A stretch of DNA of 64,000 nucleotides from assembly GCA_000182565.2 (NCBI GenBank), contig KQ257457.1; one strand, written 5' to 3'. Made by a program: the position numbers and the translations under genes. Within the stretch, counting starts at the first letter, position 1. The number at the start of each line of letters is the position of its first letter. Below, piece after piece: positions 37,495-49,400 of the stretch. Origin of the DNA: Spizellomyces punctatus DAOM BR117 (taxonomy: Eukaryota). The notes under the pieces are model-generated. The model worked only from the letters and a program-made list of their open reading frames with translations, had not been told where the DNA came from and did no database searches.

Positions 37495-40400
37495 TTAGAT
37501 TGTATGCGCTACGAATGACTGTAGATGGTACAAATGCACCCATTTACGCAAGGACTCAAAGTTGCTCTTGAATCCTCCATATCCATCCAAAAAGGCTCCC
37601 ACATACTGCTCCGTTAGTTCCGCTTCGTCTACCAATTCAGCGGAGGCCGCTATAGACCATGCTGCCGTCCCTAAATCGAACCTACAATCTCCAAAACCAG
37701 CGCTGCCCCAATCCACCGCTCCCACTGCGCGCCATTTTGTTAATGATGTTTGGTCTTGAACAAAGAGCACATTGGCCAGGACGGCATCACCATGCAGGAA
37801 TACTAGTTTGGAGTTGCTGTCGTCCTTTCGGCCATATTCGTCTGGAGGATATTGCGCATAATGGATATGCTTTTGATCCCTTCTTCGCGACTTGTGTGAC
37901 CAAGATCCCGCGTAATATTGTCGTTGACAAAATCCAGGCTGGCCTTCAACCAGTCTTGAGGACTGCTACTCGCGTGAATGCCACTGTCAGCAGGAAGTCC
38001 GAGGACAGGAACTCCTGTGAGCTCCCAATTGTGGATGATGCGAAGAGCCTCACCAAACTGGTACGCAATATGAAGGCGGGCTTCCGAAGATCCAGCTCGT
38101 ATCCATCCGTCCGCCCCATTGTCGCCATCCACTCGCGAAACGATAGAGTGTCTTTCAATAATGGCGATGGGCGTTGGAATAGAAAGCGACTCGTTCGAAA
38201 TCTTGGAAAGAGCCATGAGAATGCCATGCTCTTGTTCTATTTCGGCCGCAGAAGTCTCTGAGATTGGTTGCTTAACAACTAGCCGAGCACGAGGTGCGTC
38301 GATAAGGAACATTAAGGAATTTAGCCCCGCAGTATTCCTCTGGATGTCAAATTGGGAACCAGCGTGCGCAATGACGGCCGACAGAACAGCGTCGGAAAGT
38401 TCATTTCCAAGTGATGCTGCTCCATGGATTTCGGATGAATGAGTGCTTGTTGATTTGATGATACTACTAATACGTAATGCGAACTCTTCATCCCTGGGTA
38501 TATCATGACCCCCGTTATGACGAAGATGAGTCAATTTCGTGGCCTCATAACGGCCGGCGAGAAGAGTATGGAACTCCTCACGTTCTCTTTCGCCAGAGAT
38601 ATGGATCGACGGAACTTGCCATCCACTCGTTGCTGTCTCAGTCCAGGCAGAGGGTACGTGAGGCGATGATAACGGAAGTCCAGAGAAAAGGATGCTGAAA
38701 TTCCACTTGCGAGGGATGAGCGACTTTTCAGCCATTCGATCCATCAGTTCGACCACCATTGCTCCTTGAGAAAAGCCCAGTAGCGCATGGACGCGACCGT
38801 GCTTTTCGATCTCTGTCAGAACAAGGTGTGCTGTCTGAAATGCATCATCTTCCGTGATGTTGCCGTCGGATGGAAACCAGGAGTATCCTGTCATATTTGG
38901 GTAATAAATGCGAAGTTCTGCAGAAGCAAAGAAATTATGAGAACTTCGGATTACGTTCAATTCACTATTGTAGGTCCATGAACTTACGAGACGAAAATCC
39001 TTCGAAAGGACCTTGAAGGTAGATGAGTTCGACATCTGAGCCTAATGCCACAGATATTGCAGAAAGTTGATGGGCAAGATGGGCCGGATTCGACCCTTGC
39101 CCATGGAGACAAAGAATACGTATAGATTTCGGCGGGTTGTGCAAACTGTTCATCGAGGACTTCACAACATTAGCATTGTCCACCATCCGTGTGATGGCAA
39201 GAGCCATCTGCTCTAATGATGGCGCCGTAAACATCGTTTCGTGATTGAATCGATCAAGATCAAATTTTCTCCTAATCCTTTGAAGGGCGATAAATGCGTT
39301 CATCGAGTGACCGCCGAGCGAGAAGAACGACGAGGTGGGGGAAATCTGACCGGCGTCGGATTTAAGTACTTCAGCCCAAATCGACGCTAACTGCTCTTCA
39401 ATTGTTGTCAATGGGCGGGAACCTTGATTTGATTGGATATCCAGCTTTGCAAGGGCCGATCTGTCCGTCTTACCGTTGATGTTGACAGGCATCTCGTCCA
39501 ACGCTAGAAAAATAGAGGGAACCATGTAATGCGGGAGGCATTGTTGCGCAAATTGACGAACGCTCTCAACGTCTAGGTTTCCGGGCGTTACGAAGGCAAC
39601 CAGGTATTTCTGGTCTTTTACGATCACGCATGAGCTCGTGACTTCGGGGTGTCGCAAGATGGAGCCAGCAACCTCGTCCAACTCAATCCGATAACCATTG
39701 AATTTTATCTGGTTATCCTTCCGTCCGAGAATTTCGAAATCGCCGCTTGGAAGTATACGCCCGAGATCGCCAGTCATGTACATTCGGCCCGGATTGAAAG
39801 GATTGGGAAGGAACCTGGCGGCACTTTGCTCGAGTAAATTCACATATCCGGGGGCGACACCTATTCCACCAACGTACATTTCGCCTACTACCCCCACAGG
39901 AACTCTTCCGTTCTGATCCAACAGATAGCATGAAGTATTCGGCAGCGGCCTGCCTACCGTCACCGTAGCGCCGGACTTGAGAGTTCCCATATGACTAAGA
40001 ATTGATATTTCCGTGGGGCCGGTGACATTAATGAACCGCACATGTGGCGCCCATAAATCTTTAAGGGGTTGGGGACACATTTCCCCACCTACAGTCACAT
40101 ATTTCAAATTAGGATAGTCCAGTGGTGAGCCAAGGGTGGAGAGACCAGTTGGCGTCATGAACAACGCTGAGACTTTTTTGATTGATTCGCGAGCATCCTC
40201 TTCCCGTATCACCAAAGTGGCCCCATTACATAAAGCAGACCAAGTTTCGAGCTGGCACGCATCAAACCCGATTGCCATGAATTGCAATACCCGCGCTTTC
40301 TCATGATATCCGCTTTCACGGGACCAGGCAAAAATGGCATTGGCTGCACCGCCATGTGGTACAGGTACTCCTTTCGGTTTCCCGGTGGAGCCCGATGTGT

Positions 40401-43400
40401 AGACCACCATAAACGTGTCGGCTTCCTGTACGTGTGGTGCACCCGTTTGACGGAAGGTAGATCGTGCAGTCGTTGAGTCTACTGGCTTTTGTGTGGGACA
40501 TCCGCAAAACGTCGATGCTGTTCGCTTTGCCCACTCCCAGAATGATTTGCGCGGTTTGCGAGATGTTTCAACTTTTTTGTTTCGTGGGGTATCAGTCGAC
40601 ATCGTTGGAGAACATGGATAAGCCCGTTTATCTCCTCCTGAGCGACCTTTAAACATCTCAGCGTTGCCTTTTCCTTCCTCGACGAGTGTAGTCTGACTAT
40701 GTGCATCACTCAAGCTGTGTTCGACATAAATCACTGGGATATCCAAGTTCAGGTCGTGCACTGCTTTCGCATCAGCTTTCCTCGACACAATGCAACTGGC
40801 GTTCGCATCTTCCACCATAAACCTGATGCGCTCAGGCGGAAATTTAGAGTCGATCGGCAAAATTGCCCCGCCTGCCTTCAAAGCTCCCAGCAGTGCAACA
40901 GGGAATTCCAGGCAGCGCTGCATGATGACTGCAACACCGGAACCCGCCTTGAGTGTCCCAATCAAAGCCGCGATGGCATCTCCCCGTTCATTAAGCTCCC
41001 CATATGTCATATAGTCATTCCCATATTCAACCGCACGCCACTCAGGATGCTTTCTTGCGTAGGATTCAAAAGCGTGATGTACTATGGGGAAAGGGATTTC
41101 GACATGCTCGCCGTAGGAAAACTGGTCTATTAGCTTAACCTGCTGTGGCGATAGGTCCCAGAAGGCGCTACGTGCGTTCGCTGTTGGTCCGGTTATGTTA
41201 TCCACAAGCTGCGTCATCGTGTAGTTGAATTCGTCAACAACCATTGAAGCTTGTGACCTTCCCATCCTCTCATAAAAAGCAGAAACGCGTAGCTCTTCCC
41301 CTAGCGGCGATAGAATAAGCTCGAATGAATAGTCGGAGAACGTTCCGTTGTTCCGGGGGTTCTTCGACGACAGTTTGAAACGACTATCCTTGGTGGTATC
41401 GGCCTCTCCGCTGTTGGGTATGTTTTGGAATGCGAACAGCGTGTTGAAGAGTTTGTTTTCTGCTGTTACCTTGCCCCAGCTTTGGATATCCACTAAACTA
41501 GCATGCCCAAAGGAAAGCATGGAGGCATATTCATCATGAATGCCCTTCAAGACGTCAATCACGCTTCGGTCGTCGAAGCGCACCCGACATGGCACCGTGT
41601 TGATGAGTGGTCCAACAATCCTAATTGGAGTACATACATGTAGATAATTAGCTACGATTCCAATTTCAATAAGAGAAAGTGGAATGCAGATGTAAAAACG
41701 TACTCATTCGCGCCCTGTACTGATATATCCCGTCCAGAGAGAACCTGACCAAAAATGATATCGCTTGTTCGCAAGTATTTACGAAGTGTGAACGCCCATG
41801 TACATTTGAGAATCGCCGCAACTGTGACGCCAGCCGTTCTTGCAGCCTCCTGTAGCTGAGCCATTGATAACGGACATGCAACGTCAATTGGAGCGTCCTC
41901 ATCCAATGGGCAGCCCCCTAATAAAAGCTCTGGTGCCGCCACAGTATCCACGAGGTAATCACGCCAAAAGGTTTCAGCTGCGTCCAGATCTTGTGAGTAT
42001 ATGTAATCGACGGCGGTACGGAAACTCGGTCGTTTGGTAAGTGGCAACCCATTCACCGCTTTCAAGAAGTCGTGAGTAATCAGTGGCATTGAGAAACCGT
42101 CATATAATGCGTGATGTATCGTCATTAAAACATGATACTCTTCGCGAGCACGAACTAGCGTCAGTCGCACCCATTGCTTATCCGAAACTTTGAATCCGCG
42201 CTGTTTGTCTTGCTTCAAGAAGTCCGATATATCCGTAGTAGCAGCTTCCTCGAACAAGGGTTGGGCTTCATGCAAAACAATTTGACATATGCCATCCGAG
42301 GTCGATGCAAAGGCAGTACGCAGAATGTCATGAGTGGCGACGAGAGTGTGGAAAGCTTTGCTTAGCGCCGATGGTTCAGTCACACCAGGTGCCACATCGA
42401 GAAGAACCTGGTTAACGTACGCTCCGGGATCACGCATCGTTGTCATCACCATGCCGGCCTGCCCGGGCATTGGCGGGAATGCATCGAACTCGCCATTTAG
42501 CCGCACGGAGGGTGCCCAAATGTTTGCGATTTCCTCGTACGCCCTTTGACTGATGATGCTGTGTTAAAACCCATACACACAGTAAGATCAATAAAACGTG
42601 ACAATACCTGATCTTCGCAGCAGGCCAGGTATGAGCTGCCTTCGCGACCTCTGTTTCGCTAGGGGACTCTTCAAAATATGAAGCGAGGCGGGCTAATGTA
42701 GGGGTTTTGAATATCTGCTGTGTAGTTAGGATGATCCCTTCCTTCTTACACAGGGCGACAAGGCGCATCGCTGACATGGAATCACCCCCGAGCTCGAAGA
42801 AGGAAGTGTTTCTACTAATTAGCTCGAGCGGTTTGTTCAAAACCTTAGCCCATAGGGCAGCCATCTTGATCTCCATAGGAGTGGCAAGGTACGCACGCTC
42901 CATCTTGAGCTCAATTTCAGCCAGGGCTTTCTTATCAGTTTTTCCATTCACGTTGGTTGGCATCGCGTCCAATCCGCAATACACAGCTGGTCTCATATAG
43001 GGCGGTAAATTCTCGTCCACTACCGCGCGTATCTCTGCAATAATAACATCGGATGGGGTGAAGAAGCCAGCTAAATACGTGCCATCCTTCACAATAACAG
43101 CTGCTGTAGCAACCCGCGGATGTTTAATGATAGCTGCCGCCACTTCGTCCAGCTCGATGCGATAGCCTTTCAATTTTACTTGGTCATCTTTACGTCCAAG
43201 CAACTCATATTTACCATCGGGCAAGACTCGCCCGAGATCCCCTGTCTTAAACATCAAAGGCCCGTGATGGCGTAAATCATGAGGAACGAATCGCTCCGCA
43301 GTCAGTTGCGGTAAATTAACATAACCGTGTGCGATACCCCAACCACCCGTATACAACTCGCCAACGACTCCCACCGGGACTGGCCTCATTCGTTCATCCA

Positions 43401-46400
43401 GGACATGCGAGCATGAGTTGGGGATGATTCTGCCCAGAGTAATCGGCTCTTCAGGGAATAATCTGCCAATATGCGCCAAGATTGACACCTCAGAAGGTCC
43501 TCCACCATTAATGAAGACGACATGTTCCGACCACAGGTCTTTCAATTCCTTCGAGCATGCCTCTCCAGTAACAACCATGTTCCTCAGGTTAGGGAACTCG
43601 GATGGTGAACCTAGCTGAGACAAACCAGTCGGCGTAATCATAAGTGAATCCACGTTACATAGCGTATCCATCACCTGATCGTACAAAACGAGCGTCGAGC
43701 CACTGCTGAGCGCTGACCAGGTCTCCCATGCACACGCATCAAAACCGATAGCCATAAACTGAGCCATACGAGATCGTTCATGACAACCAAGGAGAGGGGC
43801 ACAAAACAGGATAACATTCATGGCGCCAAAGTGAGGTACAATTACGCCTTTAGGGTTTCCCGTTGATCCTGAGGTGTAAACGACCAAAAATTCATCGGCA
43901 CCAGTTGGCATATGCTTCTCCATACGTTCAAAACCATGTCGATCTTTTGATCTTCTATCCACATATACGACGGCCCTATCCAGGCTAAAAGGTCTATCGC
44001 CTTGCCCTTCTTGCATGACGATAGCGCATACATCCGAGTCTTGCAAGATATAGGTGATTCGATGTTCGGGGAACTTGGCATCGATCGGAACAACAGCGGC
44101 ACCAGTCTTTAGAACGGCTAGTAGGGCAATAGGAAATTCAAGACAGCGCTGCATAATAACAGCAACACGTTTTCCAACACGTGCACCCAGAGAAGCGAGT
44201 TGACCGGCAACTGCTTCACCGCGCTCGTTGAGCTCGCCATATGACAAGCACTCGCCTGCGTGTTCAATAGCAATCCAGCTAGGGTGCTGTTTACTACGAG
44301 CTTCAAAATTCTGGTGAACTACTTCGTGTGGATCCACCTTCGGCCCCACGCAGAGTTTCTCAAGGGCAAGGGTTTGCGAAGGAGACAATTCCCACATGTC
44401 TTCAGCCTTCATCATACAGTTGTCTTGAATTGTTGCTTCTACAAGCCTGCTAACTGTGAAATCGAATTCGTCCAACAACATAAACGCTTGAGATTCCTCC
44501 ATATTCCGAGATTGATAGAAGCCGCTGATACGGAGGATCTTATCTTCTGGATGGAGAACTAACTCGAAGGGGTACTTCGACATGGACCCGCCGGAAGTGC
44601 TCGCAAAATCGGGTGTCCGCATGATCTGCTCCACTGCATGCTCGTTTTTCACAGGAAGGTTTTGAAAGACAAATAGGGTTTGGAAAAGCGAAACATCTGC
44701 TTGGACCCCAGCGTACCGTTGGATGTCCACTAGACCCGTATGCGTGTGAGGTAGCATTTTGGTATGGTCTGCTTGCAAACATTTCAGAATGTCCAAAACA
44801 CTACTCGAATCAGAGACATTGATGCGGCATGGTACTGTATTGATTAAAGGTCCAACAATCCTAGCAGCACAGATGTTAGTTCTCATGCAGCACCAGCAAT
44901 GGAACCACCTCGGAACTTACGCCTCTACACCTTCCACAGGGATATCACGTCCGGAAAGCACTTGACCAAAAATCACGTCATCTACACGCAGATACTTCCG
45001 TAGGGTAAACGCCCAGGCGGCTTTCAACAGCACAGCCATTGTGACTCCCGCAGAGCGCGCGGAGGTTTGAAGAACGTCGGTAGAAGTAGAGCATTGATGG
45101 AAAATGGGTGATGGCATTTCATCTTTAGCGGGAGCTCCACAGCGAAGGTTCAAAGGCGACGGACGAACGATGTCCGAAAGGTAGGCGCTCCAAAATTTCC
45201 GGCTTTCAGCCATATCCTGAGCAAAAACATAGTCCACGACAGTGCGGAAACGAGGCCTATCGAGGAGCCTTTCACCGACGTATGCTTTGATGAGGTCATC
45301 GCATATAATAGGCAATGACCATCCGTCATACAAACTATGGTGAATCGCCATCACCACGAATTGCCTAGGGATGGGTAGGGACGAAGATACCAACGCTAAG
45401 CGAACCCAATGAGTGTCTTGAAGAGTAAAACCACGCAGCTTATCAGACTCGAGATATGTGGTGAGTTCCGGTACACTGACGATATCCACCGTTGCCGTGG
45501 ACTCGCCATGTGTGATCTGGCACAGACCCGCGGTCGAGGTCGAGACAAAGGTGGTTCGCAATATGTCGTGCTGCTTTATGACCACCCAAAATGCCGTTTC
45601 CAGTTGGCTCACAGATATTGTACCCTCTACTTCGAAAATAATATGAGCAAGGTACGAAGAATTGTCTTGTAATGTAGCTGCAATCATTCCACTTTGCAAC
45701 GGTGTGGTAGGAAACACTTCGTACTCGTTCCGGATGTTTAGCTTTGGCAAGAAGTCCGTTGTGATTTCAGCCAAAGTCTCGCGGCTGAAGAAGCAACAAA
45801 TACACGGTGAGTTTGTGTATGTCATAAGGTAATGAATGGTATGACTCCCACCTGACACAAGCAACTGGCCAAGCTATTGGAATGTACTCCGTAGAGACGG
45901 ACTTGAGTATCGCTGCCATGTCCGCCAACAGAGGTTTTGAAAAGATCACCGTTGAAGAAAGACTGGAACACCCGTGTTTCTTGGCCTTCGCGACCAAACT
46001 GATCGCAGATAACGAGTCACCACCAAGGGCAAAGAAGGAGCTATCCCTTCCAATGAGCTGGATCTGCACTCCAAGGATCTCGGACCACAATTTTGCCAGT
46101 TGCCGTTCAGATTCGGTTTCAAGGTCATCTACTTGCATGCGCATATCAAGCTGTGCAAGTGCCTTCTTATCGGCCTGTGGGATGCCAAACAATACTTCAG
46201 AAAAACAGTCCAAATAAAAATGCTCGTATCTGCACCAACCTTTCCATTCGCATTTGTCGGCATGTTAGTCAGGCCATGAAAAACGGCAGGCATCATATAC
46301 CTGGGGATTCGGCTAGCAAGAATGTCGCGCAATTCTTGCACATCAACCGTGTCCGGTGTGAAAAATCCAACCAGATAAGAGCTATCCTTCACGATAGCAA

Positions 46401-49400
46401 CCGCTGCGCTCACTTGAGGATGTTTCATCATTGCGGCAGCAATTTCGTCTAATTCGATGCGGTATCCCTTGAACTTCACCTGATCATCTTTGCGGCCAAG
46501 TATACCAAAACTCCCATCCGAAAATATGTACCCCATATCTCCTGACTTGAACATTCGCGAATCAGGAATGAACGGGTCCGGTAGGAACCGCTCCTCGGTT
46601 AGCCTCGACAGATTGCTGTATCCAGGGGAGATACCGACACCGCCGATATAAATCTCACCCACCACCCCAATTGGAACTTGTCTGTGTTGAGCATCCAATA
46701 TATAGCAACTGGAGTTCGGAATTGGCCGGCCAATTGTGACTTCGTCGTCTGGTTTGAGCAAAGCAAGGTGCGATATGACGGAAACCTCAGATGGACCGTA
46801 TATATTGTTGAACACAACGTGTGTTGCCCATATGTCCTTCAGCTCTCTTGGACAGTGCTCGCCACAAACCGTAACCGCTTTTAAACAGGGGTAATCTTCG
46901 GGCTTTCCAATCTTCGAGAGTCCGGTGGGGGTAATAAAGAGTGTAGTAACGGAAGAAATAGTTTTGAATGCATCTTCTTCACGCAGGACAAGAGTTGCGC
47001 CATGATTCAAAGCGGACCATGTTTCCAATTGGCATCCGTCAAAACCAACCGCTAAGAACTGAGCAATTCGAGAACCTTCCACACATCCGGGATGGTTACG
47101 GTAGTGGTTTATTACGTTTGAAACACCAATATTAGGAACGGGAACACCTTTTGGTGCGCCAGTTGATCCAGATGTATACAAGAAGAAAAAGGTGTCTGAT
47201 CCAGTAGCGCAGTGTCGATCTGCTGGCGTGAAGTGCCGGGGAGAGGATTGAAGTTGCTTCATGTCGACCCATAAGAGTTCAATATCATGGAGTGACAGTG
47301 CTTCTATCTTCCCTGTGCATTGGGTCGAAAGGATTAACGTAGCTTGTGAATCACGCAGAATATACTGAATGCGGTCCGCCGGAAACTGGGCGTCCAACGG
47401 GACGAACGCCGCGCCAGTTTTCGCTACTGCCACCATCGACAATGTGAACTCGAGGCTTCTGGACAATACAATGGCCACACGATGATCCTTAGTCACTCCC
47501 TTCGACGCTAGCTGCGCGGCCAGCGTGGTGCTGAGACTATCTAGCTCGGCATAAGTCAAGAATTGATCTCCATACTCCACGGCCCGGGTTTCTGAGCACT
47601 CCTGCATGATCTTTCGGAAACCATCAATCACAACGTCATATGGTAAAGAGACTGTCCCTCCGAAGTTAAACTGTGAGATCAATGAGGATTGATGCTCAGA
47701 TAAATCCCATAGCGAATCATCCTTGATGCTAACATTCGCAGACGCTACGAGCTGGGAAATTGTGAAGTCAAATTCATGCAGAAGGCATCCGATTTGGTTG
47801 TTGGCGACAATCTCAACGCTACTTCCTGAAATAGTTATGAAAAATCGCTCGCTATCCCCAAATTCGCGGGAAATCACGACTGTAAAAACAGAGGACTGTG
47901 CGTCCGATGGATTCGTGTCGGAATAGGTTCTAGTAGTGGGCTCGGGTGTATCGACGTAAACCAGTGTCGTGTCGCCGCAAGCCTGCCCCGTACGTTCTTT
48001 ATTCGCACTGTGATAACAATGTCGAATAGCTGATAAATCAAGATTTGCAGTTTTTCGCCGAATGCGATCAATATTTTCATCGACGAATCTCAAGAAATCA
48101 GCAATGGTCTGTTCCGAATCAGGAAAGCGCACCCGACATGGGATAGCAAACGAAGCGCCATTGTTTCCCCTAAACAAATTTGGTGAATGAGAATCATAGC
48201 TATGGGAACCGCAGTTTCCATTTAGACTTACGAAAATACAAGATCGGGATCGCCGAAAATGATATCGTCAGCGCAAAGATATTTGCGCAATGTCGCGGCC
48301 CAAGCTGCTTTGAATAAAGTAGGCAAGTGTACTCCGATCTGCCCGGCGAATGAACGCAACTTGTTGGCACTGGTCTGCAACGGGATAGTGAACGACTGGG
48401 GTTCATTGTTATATGCGGACAGGTATTTGGCGTTGTGCGGCCGAAGCTCAGCTTGCCCGAAGGGAGGTCGCGAAGATAGTCTTCCAACAAAGCGGTATCT
48501 GAAGGCTTTACTTCGGCAGTAGATACAGTAGGCAGAATAAACGGAGTTGCAGCTCTTATGGAATTCTCTAGCAGTGTCTGGAGCTGATCTTGCATACTCT
48601 GGATAGTGGCCTCATGGAAGAGATTCTTATCGTAGTTGAAGAACCCCATTAGTGCTCCGTCGGGGCTCTTCGTATACTCAATTAACATCTCGAATGGGGC
48701 AAGACCTTCGGGCCGCTCATCTGGTTGATGTCTCGACAGAAGATGAGAGTTTTGCTCAACCAACATAAACGTGAAGAACGGATGTCGTCCGGGTAATCGA
48801 GAAGGCATCTCCGTGGTAACGACTTCTTCGAAAGGAAGAAGCTGGTTGTCGAATGCCTCCAAAATGGTACCCCTAACAGCTGCAACCACTTCCGAAAATG
48901 TATCCAATCCGGTGAGATCTGTGCGTAAAACCAGCTGTGGCAATTATGCAGTTAGCAAGAATTTCCCTTGAATGTAAGCACAAGGAGATTCATACCGTAT
49001 TCACGAAGAATCCAACAATGCCTTCCAACTCTTTCACTCCCCGGTTTGCACTCACAGTACCGATACAGATGTCCAAGCTTCCAGTGTAAGAGGCAAGAAT
49101 TATTTTTAGAGCACTTATCATAACCATGAAAACGGATGCGTTTCGAGAAGTAGCATATTCCTCAAGTTGGGAGGCCAGTTTTGCCGGAATGGAAAAGGCG
49201 GCGCTGCCACGTAAGATTTTATGGACTGAACCAGAATGCACTTTGTCATATGGGAACTGCAAGACCACAGTGTTCGCAAGCTTCTCTTTCCAGTACGCCG
49301 ACTGTTTTTGAAATATAGTATTGGGAATAGTCTTTTCCCAAGCGACATAATCCGCGTATTGATAAGGTACCGACAAGTCCCTCCTCTCGCAAAGAGCGGT

